Source: a virus. From it: a DNA stretch of 35,714 nucleotides. The notes beneath the pieces are model-generated. The model was not told where the DNA came from. It ran no database searches and saw only the letters and a list, made by a program, of their open reading frames with translations. The DNA lies in the IMG/VR virus record IMGVR_UViG_3300045988_136473; one strand, written 5' to 3'. Position numbers and translations under genes: made by a program. Below are positions 1 through 7,773 of this stretch, piece by piece. The stretch's first letter is position 1; every line of letters starts with the position of its first letter.

Positions 1-86
1 ATTGAACCGCAGAAATACGGGAAAATGCGGGTTTCTTCTTATTTTGTCAACCTACATAAACCTACAAAAAACTACCTTACGGGATA
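1..86. repeat. Left copy of 86-bp terminal direct repeat
   Basis: Bases 1..86 are identical by eye to 35629..35714. Confidence 0.95.
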
Positions 87-125
87 CATACTGGTAACAC
101 GCGGGAAACACAACAGAATCTTGCA

Positions 126-160
126 AAGAAAAAGGGGCGGCATTTTGCCGCCCCTTTTTT
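126..160 (-). terminator. Intrinsic terminator downstream of integrase (bidirectional shape)
   Basis: 8-bp GC stem ggggcggc (134..141) / gccgcccc (147..154), 5-nt loop. A-run on one side and T-run on the other. Lies immediately after the int stop at 159..161. Confidence 0.75.
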
Positions 161-1193
161 ATGTGTGTATTTGATTGACCGCATCAATCTTTGTCTTCAT
201 ATAGATATGTGTGTAAACCCTTTCTGTGAAGGTCTGCGCTGCCTTATGCCCGACAATTTCTTTGATAACGCTTTCATTGACATTGTGAACGGTCAGTTGC
301 GTGATGCAAGTGTGCCTTGCTTCATGGGTTGTGTGCTTGATGTTCAGAGCGCCCAGCGCCTTTGCCTGAAGCCGTCTGAACCAGTCATCAGGCAACCTGC
401 CGCCTTTGTCACCTGTGAAGACCCATTTGCATTTTGACTTCTTCTTGAAGTGTTCAAAGAACGGCACAATGCAATCAGCAATCGGCACATCACGCACCCC
501 CGCTTCAGTTTTGCTTTTGATTACTTCAAAATACTGTTCGTCAAGATGCAGGTGCTGTTTCTGAAGCATCAGCAATTCATTGCACCTGACCCCCGTATAT
601 ATGAAAATCAGAATGATTTTGATGATGTCATCTTCTGTATTTTGCCACAAGATGTCAATTTCTTCATCTGAATACGGTATCTTTTCTTTTGCGGTGTTTT
701 TCGGTGAACCGACATCAAGCATCACCGCTTTGTTTTCCTTGATGATTTCTTTTAATATACAGTATTGATACATCTTTGAAGCAAGGTTCTTCATTTCACG
801 GTTTGACACATAGCCGCTTGTGTTATTGTCAATGCAATGCTGCAATTCAACCCGCTTGATTTTCAAGAAGGGCTTTGTGTGCAGCGTTTCATACTTCTTG
901 AATGCTGACCTGTACCCCTTCTTTGTACTGTCTGACAGAGCATCAAAAGCAGGGGTTTCAATCCATTCTTCATAGACATCAGCGAAGGTCAGTTTGATTG
1001 TATCAATATCATAGGGGTCACGGTTGTATTCGGCAAGGGCTTCAGCCGCTTTCTTGTATGAAGGATATGACCCTAAAATCTTCCTGATGTATATGCCCCT
1101 TTCGTCAAGCCCCGCAGGTACTCTGACAAGATAAGGGTTGCGGCGGCTGCCCTTCTGTTTTGTTATACTGCCGTATCCGTTAGGAAGTCGCAT
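159..1193 (-). CDS. int: Tyrosine recombinase / phage integrase
   Basis: 344 aa. C-terminal catalytic signature ...ARHTCITQL...GHKAAQTFTERVYTHI (R..HxxR..Y pattern). Sits at the genome end next to the att-like region. Confidence 0.9.
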   Translation of the reverse strand: MRLPNGYGSITKQKGSRRNPYLVRVPAGLDERGIYIRKILGSYPSYKKAAEALAEYNRDPYDIDTIKLTFADVYEEWIETPAFDALSDSTKKGYRSAFKKYETLHTKPFLKIKRVELQHCIDNNTSGYVSNREMKNLASKMYQYCILKEIIKENKAVMLDVGSPKNTAKEKIPYSDEEIDILWQNTEDDIIKIILIFIYTGVRCNELLMLQKQHLHLDEQYFEVIKSKTEAGVRDVPIADCIVPFFEHFKKKSKCKWVFTGDKGGRLPDDWFRRLQAKALGALNIKHTTHEARHTCITQLTVHNVNESVIKEIVGHKAAQTFTERVYTHIYMKTKIDAVNQIHT

Positions 1194-1347
1194 TGTATCA
1201 CTTTTTCCTTTCTATGTGGTGAAGTTACATTCATTTCACCTAAAAATTGAAATTTGGGGGCATTGTGGCAACCTGTCCGCTATTTATCAAACATCTTTTT
1301 TTGAAAAAGATGCACGATAACGGCAGAAAAGGGCGCAAAAATACCCC

Positions 1348-1376
1348 TTGAATAAAGGGGCAAGGTGTGATACAAT
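1348..1376 (+). promoter_or_regulatory. Near-consensus sigma-70/SigA promoter
   Basis: TTGAAT (1348..1353), 17-nt spacer, TACAAT (1371..1376) preceded by TGa (extended -10). Confidence 0.55.
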
Positions 1377-1382
1377 ATTGTT

Positions 1383-1452
1383 ACTATCAGGTGGGTGTGT
1401 ATCACACCTGCCGCACCCCTGACCGTTTGCAGACGGTTGGGGGTGTTTTTTT
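1383..1452 (+). ncRNA. Candidate ~70-nt small RNA (promoter + two hairpins + intrinsic terminator)
   Basis: No ORF. First hairpin ggtgtg-tat-cacacc. Then a 13-bp stem 1414..1426 / 1433..1445 (two G-U pairs) followed by T7 at 1446..1452. Confidence 0.45.
1414..1452 (+). terminator. Rho-independent terminator
   Basis: 13-bp stem, 6-nt loop, run of 7 T. Confidence 0.7.
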
Positions 1453-1502
1453 GTAATGGTTTTCGCCTTGTCAAAGGTTCTTTTCGGTAATGGTGTTTGC
1501 CA

Positions 1503-1889
1503 TTACAGTATTGCAATTATCATCAGTATTGCAAAAAATACGGTAATTGCTATTTTAACCCACTTTTTCCAAGTACATTTTGCCCATAAGAAATACAGAC
1601 CGACAGGAAAAAAGAATATCAATGCAATCAGCGTTTTTTCGTTATCGTTAAGGGGCTGTTTTGATTTTTTCTTGCCTGAAGATTTAGTGGCTTTGAAAAT
1701 ATCAGATGTGCCGAAGGTGGTTTTGTGATATACTTTGCTTTTTACGGCTTTAGAAGGATTTTTTATATAGCCCATACCCTTTTTACCATAAAGGGGGTTG
1801 ATGGCTTTTTTTACTTTTCGTTTTGCTTTTCCTGTTGTTCTTGCTTTAACAGATTTCTTGATGCTGGGTTTTCTATAACCTACCTTCAT
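1503..1889 (-). CDS. Hypothetical membrane protein of the lysogeny module
   Basis: 128 aa. Very basic Lys-rich N-terminal half, two hydrophobic segments at the C-terminus (LIALIFFFPVGLYFLW, IAITVFFAILMIIAIL). Located between int and the repressor. Confidence 0.6.
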   Translation of the reverse strand: MKVGYRKPSIKKSVKARTTGKAKRKVKKAINPLYGKKGMGYIKNPSKAVKSKVYHKTTFGTSDIFKATKSSGKKKSKQPLNDNEKTLIALIFFFPVGLYFLWAKCTWKKWVKIAITVFFAILMIIAIL

Positions 1890-1907
1890 TTGTTATTACT
1901 CCTTGAT

Positions 1908-2591
1908 TTATAACTTGCTTGTGAAGCCTACGGCTTTACCTAAAATATGTACCTTGTTCATTTCTTCTTTGATGTAAACGAAGGGCGGGTATTGCGGGTT
2001 TTCAGATTGAAGTACAACCCTGTCATCGTATTTGAAGAAGCGCTTTAATGTCACACGGCTGTCAAATTCACCGTCAACACGGCAAGCAGCAATTTCACCG
2101 TTATCAACAATCGGCTGTTCTTTGATATATACAATGTCACCTTCATTTATTCTTGCACCTGTCATACTGTCACCCTGACAAATCAAGGTGAAGTCGCATT
2201 GCATATCTTCAGGCACATCATCATAATCTTCAATATTTTCTTGCGCCAGTATAGGTTCACCGCAAGCAATGACACCTAAACGGGGGCGGCGCTTTGTTCG
2301 GGGCAGGGGTGCAATATTTTCAACATCAGAAAATTTGAACGAAGCAACATTGTCTTCTAATAAATCAGACAAATCAACATCTAATATTTCTGCAATTTTG
2401 TTCAGCGTAGTTGTGCTGGGCATCTTGCGGCTGTTCGGGTTCAGCCATTGTGATACGGTTGATTTTGAAAGATGCAAACGATTTACAAGGTCAATTTGCT
2501 TCAGGTTGCGTTTGTTCAACCAGTATTTCAGATTGTATGAAAATGCCCTTTTGATTTCTTGTTTCAGTTTGATTTCCATTTCAGTTTTCAT
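1908..2591 (-). CDS. CI/LexA-like repressor (XRE HTH + S24 peptidase domain)
   Basis: N-terminal HTH (LKQIDLVNRLHLSKSTVSQWLN). C-terminal S24 signature GDSM ... TLKRF (Ser/Lys dyad). GAGGTG RBS. Confidence 0.9.
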   Translation of the reverse strand: MKTEMEIKLKQEIKRAFSYNLKYWLNKRNLKQIDLVNRLHLSKSTVSQWLNPNSRKMPSTTTLNKIAEILDVDLSDLLEDNVASFKFSDVENIAPLPRTKRRPRLGVIACGEPILAQENIEDYDDVPEDMQCDFTLICQGDSMTGARINEGDIVYIKEQPIVDNGEIAACRVDGEFDSRVTLKRFFKYDDRVVLQSENPQYPPFVYIKEEMNKVHILGKAVGFTSKL

Positions 2592-2613
2592 ATTATCACC
2601 TCTACAATTATAT

Positions 2614-2641
2614 ATTATATCGGGTTTGCCGAAAAAGTCAA
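2614..2641 (-). promoter_or_regulatory. Repressor promoter (minus strand)
   Basis: On the minus strand: TTGACT (2641..2636), 16-nt spacer, TATAAT (2619..2614). The spacer contains GGTTTGCCGAAA (2623..2634). Confidence 0.6.
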
Positions 2642-2681
2642 CATTTTTTTATTCACGGACAAAAAGTTTTCATTTTTGGGG

Positions 2682-2710
2682 TTGACAAGGTTTACCGAAA
2701 GTGGTAAACT
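2682..2710 (+). promoter_or_regulatory. Early rightward promoter with overlapping operator
   Basis: TTGACA (2682..2687), 17-nt spacer, TAAACT (2705..2710). The spacer holds the inverted repeat GTTTACC-n6-GGTAAAC (2690..2709) and the half-site GGTTTACCGAAA (2689..2700). Confidence 0.65.
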
Positions 2711-2743
2711 GATGAAGACATCACAAACGAAAGGGGGTTCGGT

Positions 2744-2953
2744 ATGCGAAAGAAACCGTTTATTTCTTTAGAGGCTTGCAGGGTGAATGCGGGGTTAACG
2801 CAAAGCGAACTTGCAACGGCGCTAAATGTTTCTGTTACAACCATAAAGAACTGGGAAAAGTACAAAAACACACCGCCAGTTGACAAGGCAATGATGATTT
2901 CAAAATTATCACATATCCCGCTTAACCTTATTATTTTATGCCCTGAAGGTTAG
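2744..2953 (+). CDS. Cro/XRE-family HTH regulator
   Basis: 69 aa. HTH GLTQSELATALNVSVTTIKNWE. Divergent from the repressor. Confidence 0.8.
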   Translation: MRKKPFISLEACRVNAGLTQSELATALNVSVTTIKNWEKYKNTPPVDKAMMISKLSHIPLNLIILCPEG

Positions 2954-2987
2954 CCAAAAACGGCAAACTATATGAAAAAGAAAGAAG

Positions 2988-3248
2988 GTGAAAACAATCA
3001 AAAGTATATTCAAACGCATTGAACGGCTTGAAAAATTTGCGGCAGAACAGGACGTGCACAACATTGAAATTGATGACGGCTTGAAGGAGATTGATGCAAT
3101 GACTGCTGAAACGCTTGAACTGCAAAAAAAGACATACGAAATAAGGCGGAACAGCATTACACACACAATTTTTGATATTATGCCGTTGATGCTTTCTGGC
3201 GCCGCATTGCTTATTTCAATATTGTGTGCCGTTAAATTAGGTCTATGA
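2988..3248 (+). CDS. Hypothetical protein with C-terminal transmembrane segment
   Basis: 86-aa ORF, GTG start. Hydrophobic tail IMPLMLSGAALLISILCAV. Confidence 0.45.
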   Translation: MKTIKSIFKRIERLEKFAAEQDVHNIEIDDGLKEIDAMTAETLELQKKTYEIRRNSITHTIFDIMPLMLSGAALLISILCAVKLGL

Positions 3249-3276
3249 ATAACAAAACAGAAAGGTGAATGACAAA

Positions 3277-3498
3277 ATGAAAAGCAGCGATAAATTTTTA
3301 ACTGATGAACAGGTGGAGTTTGAAATTGAAAGATTAAGTCAATCCGAAGATGTCAAACTTGCTGAAAAAGAACAGCGCTTGAAGTATAAGCGCCGACAGC
3401 GCCTGTATCAGTTACGCTTTTATGAGAAGCGGGGCAAAGAGTTAAAAAAAGCGGGTATTACAGAAGCCGAACTTGAAAAAATGTATGCCGACAAATAA
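3277..3498 (+). CDS. Hypothetical coiled-coil protein
   Basis: ORF 3265..3498. The ATG at 3277 has better spacing to the AAAGGTGA RBS than the GTG at 3265. Confidence 0.5.
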   Translation: MKSSDKFLTDEQVEFEIERLSQSEDVKLAEKEQRLKYKRRQRLYQLRFYEKRGKELKKAGITEAELEKMYADK

Positions 3499-3577
3499 AA
3501 AAAGCGCCGCCCGATAAACAGGCGGCAAGGTTGATGTTTGTTATACATCAAGCCCAAATCATACTTGATTATAGCAA

Positions 3578-3808
3578 ATGTCACCGCAAAAAGCAAGGAG
3601 CGTGATATTTATTTTTGAAAACACAGAAACCCTGAAGGTTGAAGAAGCGGCGGTGCTAATGCACAAAAACCCCGCATTCGTCAGAAAAGGGTTGCAGGAC
3701 AAGCGGTTCGGGTTCGGCTATGCCGTATATAACAACGGCAGGTGGAATTACTACATAAACCGCAAGAAATTTTTTGAAGAAACAGGCATCACAGAAAAGG
3801 CGGTGTAA
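3578..3808 (+). CDS. Putative excisionase / MerR-type HTH DNA-binding protein
   Basis: The pattern LKVEEAAVLMHKNPAFVRKGLQDKRF...Y.I.RKKFFE resembles excisionase-family HTH proteins. Start codon uncertain. Confidence 0.45.
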   Translation: MSPQKARSVIFIFENTETLKVEEAAVLMHKNPAFVRKGLQDKRFGFGYAVYNNGRWNYYINRKKFFEETGITEKAV

Positions 3809-3810
3809 TT

Positions 3811-4053
3811 ATGCTTGCAGAATTTATTGATTTGATTTTGACATTATGCTTCACGCTTGTACCGTTTGCGGCGGCAGGGTTCGTTGCTTTTGTAGTGTGC
3901 AGCATTGTATTCAAGATTGCAGACAAAAAAGAGCGTGAAGAACGCAGAGAAGCGCACAAGGCGCAAACTGCATCAGATATGTACGAAATGCAAAAGTGTT
4001 ACATTGATGCGGTTGTATTAAGTGTATTAAAGGAGGAGCAATATGCAGAATGA
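3811..4053 (+). CDS. Hypothetical membrane protein
   Basis: 80 aa. N-terminal hydrophobic stretch of about 35 aa. Confidence 0.5.
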   Translation: MLAEFIDLILTLCFTLVPFAAAGFVAFVVCSIVFKIADKKEREERREAHKAQTASDMYEMQKCYIDAVVLSVLKEEQYAE

Positions 4054-4366
4054 ATGGACAGGGCTTGTCATTGTCAGACATCCGAACAGCGAAAAGGTTT
4101 ACTTGTATGAAGCACCCGCCTTCACGGGCTTGAATAAGGGTGACAAGGTTTTGTGCAGGGTCAAGAAAGACAGGCTTGCTGTTGGTGTTGTTGTTCACAC
4201 GGACGATGTTGAAAAGGGCAGCGCTTCAGTTGATATGTGGGCTGATGTCACAAACGCAACCTTGCCGCTGGAGCGCATTGAAGGCATCTTTGAAAAGTGC
4301 CGCTACAAAGACGAAGAAGAAGCGGCGGCACCTGAAGAAGGCGGTGAAACAGTCAATGGCAATTAG
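4043..4366 (+). CDS. Hypothetical protein
   Basis: 107-aa ORF, co-directional and tightly packed, acidic C-terminus. Confidence 0.5.
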   Translation: MQNEWTGLVIVRHPNSEKVYLYEAPAFTGLNKGDKVLCRVKKDRLAVGVVVHTDDVEKGSASVDMWADVTNATLPLERIEGIFEKCRYKDEEEAAAPEEGGETVNGN

Positions 4367-4559
4367 TTGTAACGGGGTAGGCTGCACTGGCGCACTTGAT
4401 TGTGACAATTGCCGTCAGACGCATGGGTGCAATGTCACCGTCACCTGCGATTTGTGCGGCGGTGAAATTTATGAAAATTATTACGAAATTGAAGGTGATG
4501 AAATCTGCGAAGATTGCCTTGATGAACATTACAAAAGGAGTGTTGATAGTTTATGTTAA
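4356..4559 (+). CDS. Cys-rich zinc-ribbon-like protein
   Basis: Internal ATG at 4356 of ORF 4140..4559. The 67-aa product has several CxxC pairs (CDNC, CDLCGG, CEDC). The longer ORF would overlap the preceding gene almost entirely. Confidence 0.5.
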   Translation: MAISCNGVGCTGALDCDNCRQTHGCNVTVTCDLCGGEIYENYYEIEGDEICEDCLDEHYKRSVDSLC

Positions 4560-5197
4560 AAGGTTTCAATGAACTGCGTGAACTTGATTTGTCGCAGTAT
4601 ATCAAAAAAAGAGATGGCGCAGACTATCTGCCGTGGGCGGTATGTGTTGACCTTCTGCATCAGCACGGCGCTGAATATGTTGACTTTGAACCGCTGACGA
4701 ATGCAAACGGCAGTTCCTTGTTTATGAGCGAAAAGACCTTCACCGATAAGAATGGCAATACAAACAATTGTTATGAAGTTGCCGTGAAGGTCACGATTGA
4801 TGACTTGCAATTTGTTCAGCGTGAACCGCTGATGAATGGGTCAAACCCTGTGAAAGACAATTCGTTGACCCAGCAGCGCTTGGGCAATGCGCAGAAAAGG
4901 GCATTTGTCAAAGGTGTTGCAATTCGCACGGGCTTGGGGTTCGGCTTATGGTCAGAAGATATTGATGATATTACTGATGTTGCTGACGATTTAAGCAAGC
5001 ATTCATTAAAGGCAATCAAGGAGCGCATTCTTGAAAAGGTCACAACCCTAATGAAGCAGGGCATCAGCGAAGACGAAATTGCCCAGCGCAACAATATGAC
5101 GATTGAAGAAATGAAAGGCTTGTTTTCATACTTCACTTCAATCAATCGTTTTGAAAGAACGCTGAACGATATGTTGAACGGCAATGATAGCAAGTAA
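4553..5197 (+). CDS. Rad52/Sak-like single-strand annealing protein
   Basis: ADYLPWAVCVDLL... and QRLGNAQKRAFVKGVAIRTGLGFGLW resemble Rad52-type phage annealases. Paired with the exonuclease gene downstream. Confidence 0.6.
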   Translation: MLKGFNELRELDLSQYIKKRDGADYLPWAVCVDLLHQHGAEYVDFEPLTNANGSSLFMSEKTFTDKNGNTNNCYEVAVKVTIDDLQFVQREPLMNGSNPVKDNSLTQQRLGNAQKRAFVKGVAIRTGLGFGLWSEDIDDITDVADDLSKHSLKAIKERILEKVTTLMKQGISEDEIAQRNNMTIEEMKGLFSYFTSINRFERTLNDMLNGNDSK

Positions 5198-5780
5198 AGA
5201 CAGAAGCGGCTGGTTCGGCGCATCAGATGTCAATTACATAATCGGCAATTGGTCAACAGCATCATTTGCAAACTGGTGGCTTGAAAAGGCAGCCTTCAAC
5301 AGCAACAATTTCACGAATGAAGCAATGCTTGCGGGTACGCATTATGAACACAAAATACTTGACTTCATAAAAGCACCCGAAAAAGACAAGCAAATTAGGT
5401 TGCCTGATGTTCGTTTGCGGGTGAACCTTGACGGCAATTCAGAAGATACAATTTTTGAAGTGAAAACATACCGCTTTGAAAAGGGCTTCAAATTGCCTAT
5501 ACGGTACAAACGGCAGGTGTGGGTTCAGTTATTTGCGGCAGGGCTGAAAAAGGCTTTTGTGGTCGCATACGGCTTGACAGACGGTGATTACAAAAACTTT
5601 TTCAATGACATTGACCCTGACAGGCTTTCATTCTATGAGATTGAACCGAATGATGCTTTTATACAGAATGACTTTTTGCCGAAATTGACATACCTTGCGC
5701 AATGCCTGAAAGAAGGTTTTTTCCCCCGAAAGGAGCAGTTTGAAAAATGGATGACTTTAGATGCCGCATTATTGACCTGA
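5184..5780 (+). CDS. YqaJ-like recombination exonuclease (PD-(D/E)xK)
   Basis: WFGASDV..., GTHYEHKIL, LDG...IFEVKT motifs in the order expected for lambda-Exo/YqaJ-type nucleases. Confidence 0.65.
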   Translation: MIASKDRSGWFGASDVNYIIGNWSTASFANWWLEKAAFNSNNFTNEAMLAGTHYEHKILDFIKAPEKDKQIRLPDVRLRVNLDGNSEDTIFEVKTYRFEKGFKLPIRYKRQVWVQLFAAGLKKAFVVAYGLTDGDYKNFFNDIDPDRLSFYEIEPNDAFIQNDFLPKLTYLAQCLKEGFFPRKEQFEKWMTLDAALLT

Positions 5781-6283
5781 CAAGAGATTACAAGACGGGG
5801 GCGGCAAGGCTGACGGTTGAAACCGAAAAGAACATCTTTGCCGAAGCAGAAAAGTTGACAGACCTTGACCTGACCTGCCGCCTTGTACGCTTCAGGAAAA
5901 GGCGCTCCCTTGATGCAAATGCGTATTTTTGGGTGCTGCTGAATAAACTTGCCGAAGAAATCAACATACCCGCTATTGAGATATACAGAAGTTATATCAG
6001 GCACATAGGCGGCAACAATACGATTATTTGTGTGCCTGACAAAGCGGTTGATGATTTAACGAAGGGCTGGGAACATAACTGCATAGGGTGGCAGACCGAA
6101 AAGACAGCAAGCAAGCTGAAGGGCTGCACAAATGTCATTCTGTATTACGGGTCAAGCACCTATGACACAAAGCAAATGTCACGCTTAATTGATATGGTTG
6201 TGCAGGACTGTCAGTCTGTCGGTATTTCAACAATGACCCCCAGTGAACTTGCAACGCTGATGCAGGGGTGGTCAAATGAGTAA
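5747..6283 (+). CDS. NinB/Orf-like recombination mediator
   Basis: RKRRSLDANAYFWVLLNKLAEEI resembles lambda NinB RNRSLDQNRKLWACLGDVS. The later GSSTYDTKQMSRLIDMV resembles GQSTSRMRVGEFAELLELI. Confidence 0.5.
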   Translation: MDDFRCRIIDLTRDYKTGAARLTVETEKNIFAEAEKLTDLDLTCRLVRFRKRRSLDANAYFWVLLNKLAEEINIPAIEIYRSYIRHIGGNNTIICVPDKAVDDLTKGWEHNCIGWQTEKTASKLKGCTNVILYYGSSTYDTKQMSRLIDMVVQDCQSVGISTMTPSELATLMQGWSNE

Positions 6284-6563
6284 ATCAATATTACAGCAAG
6301 ATGATGATGTGTGCTTCTTATGCGGCGGGTACGGCGCAACGGAGTGGCATCATATATTCGGCGGTGCGAACCGCAAAAAAAGTGAACATTACGGTCTGAA
6401 GGTCAGATTGCATCACGATTGCCACAATGAACCGCCTGAAGGGGTGCATTTCAACAAAGACAAAATGCAATACCTTCACGAAGAAGGGCAGAAGGCGGCA
6501 ATGAAGCGATACGGCTGGTCAAAAGATAAATTCAGGCAGATATTCAGTAAAAACTATCTTTAA
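6276..6563 (+). CDS. HNH/zinc-finger-like nuclease-family protein
   Basis: CFLCGG ... EWHHIFGG ... LHHDCH pattern (CxxC + HH + CH). Confidence 0.45.
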   Translation: MSKSILQQDDDVCFLCGGYGATEWHHIFGGANRKKSEHYGLKVRLHHDCHNEPPEGVHFNKDKMQYLHEEGQKAAMKRYGWSKDKFRQIFSKNYL

Positions 6564-6580
6564 CACGAAAGGACTATATT

Positions 6581-7189
6581 ATGAACGAAATTAAAGAAAT
6601 GACAATTGAAGAAATCACAAAGGTGCTCGGTTACGAAGTCAAGATTGTAAAAGAGCATAGCAAAGTGCAGCTTGCCGACATTGAGCAGTACAAAACCTTC
6701 AAAATCGGTGATACAGAATTCATTGTACTTGAACAGGACAATCACGGCGCAACAATTTGTTTGACAAGGAATTTTATTGCTAAAAATACGCAGTTTGACG
6801 AAGACACAAACAACCTTGCGAATGCATCCGTGCTGAAGGTTCTTGATGATTTTGAAAGCAAAATTGCTGATAATATCGGCGCTGATAATATGTGTGAATT
6901 TGAAATTGACCTGACAACAGATGACGGGTTAAAGGATTACGGTTCAATTACCCGCAAAACAGGTCTTCTGACTGATGTGCAATACCGCAAACATAGTGAA
7001 GGCATAGAACCGTATGAAGTTGATGACTGGTGGTGGCTTGCGAATGCAGTTTCAACACCCCGCCGTGATATTCAGTACGCTGTTCGCTGCGTTGCTTGCG
7101 GCGGTAATTTGGATGACTACAATTGTTTCAACGACATCGGGGTTCGTGCGGTTTGCATCTTCAAATCTAATATCTTTGTATCTGAATAA
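6581..7189 (+). CDS. DGR variable (target) protein, C-type-lectin/DUF1566-like C-terminus
   Basis: 202 aa. C-terminus DDWWWLANAVS...VRCVACGGNLDDYNCFNDIGVRAVCIF contains the VR. No signal peptide seen. Confidence 0.85.
   Translation: MNEIKEMTIEEITKVLGYEVKIVKEHSKVQLADIEQYKTFKIGDTEFIVLEQDNHGATICLTRNFIAKNTQFDEDTNNLANASVLKVLDDFESKIADNIGADNMCEFEIDLTTDDGLKDYGSITRKTGLLTDVQYRKHSEGIEPYEVDDWWWLANAVSTPRRDIQYAVRCVACGGNLDDYNCFNDIGVRAVCIFKSNIFVSE
7083..7155 (+). repeat. DGR variable repeat (VR)
   Basis: Aligns base for base with TR 7603..7675. There are 10 mismatches, 9 of them at TR adenines. Confidence 0.9.
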
Positions 7190-7200
7190 GGAGTATATCA

Positions 7201-7572
7201 ATGAAACAAGAAGGTGATTTGCAGGTCATCATCAAGGCGAAAAAGTTGTGTGTTCATACAATCAGGGTTACTTCAAATTGCAAGAAGTTTCCTAAAAAAT
7301 ACCGCTTTACGCTTTGTGACAAGATGCAAAACAAGGCAATGAAAATATATGAAAATTTGCTTGAAGCGAACAGAACGCTTTTGACCGACAAAGCGGCAAG
7401 AAATGAATTGCAGACAAAAGCAATTTTGTATTGTGATGAACTGCTTTTTTATATTGAAATGTGCCTTGATTTGCAAATCATTCAATCAAATAGTGCTGAT
7501 TTTTGGTCAAAACTTGTTACTGATATAAAATTTATGACTATTGCATGGCGGTCAAAGGATAAACAAAGATAA
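7201..7572 (+). CDS. avd: DGR accessory variability determinant (four-helix-bundle Avd)
   Basis: 123 aa, helical and basic. Positioned between the target gene and the TR. AAGGAG RBS. Confidence 0.8.
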   Translation: MKQEGDLQVIIKAKKLCVHTIRVTSNCKKFPKKYRFTLCDKMQNKAMKIYENLLEANRTLLTDKAARNELQTKAILYCDELLFYIEMCLDLQIIQSNSADFWSKLVTDIKFMTIAWRSKDKQR

Positions 7573-7602
7573 TCAGCACAGGCGGCAGGTTGAATTTGCA
7601 CA

Positions 7603-7675
7603 TTCGCTGCGTTGCTTGCGGCGGTAATATGAACAACAACAATTGTAACAACAACAACGGGGTTCGTGCGATTTG
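7603..7675 (+). repeat. DGR template repeat (TR)
   Basis: Non-coding. In the VR frame it reads ...GGN M NNN N C NNNN GVRA..., with seven AAC codons and one AAT. Confidence 0.9.
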
Positions 7676-7773
7676 GGAAAAAGTCAGACGGAGTACGCTA
7701 TAAGCCGAAATCAGTACATTCCTTTCAAACGAACTTGCCGCCTTTCTTTTGACCGTTGCAATAAAAGTGATAT

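Noticed and set aside
1280-1516. The 78-aa minus-strand ORF between int and the membrane gene
   Set aside because: It spans promoter, hairpin and terminator elements and has no RBS. The region is better explained as non-coding regulatory or sRNA sequence.
3503-3551. Hairpins after 3498 (gccgcc/ggcggc and ttgatgt/acatcaa) as terminators
   Set aside because: Neither is followed by a T-run. They might be protein-binding inverted repeats, but the evidence is too thin to call a feature.
4140-4355. The long 139-aa ORF 4140..4559 as a real gene
   Set aside because: Its first 72 codons lie entirely inside gene 4043..4366 in another frame and have a low-complexity basic composition. The Cys-rich part starting at ATG 4356 is the credible gene.
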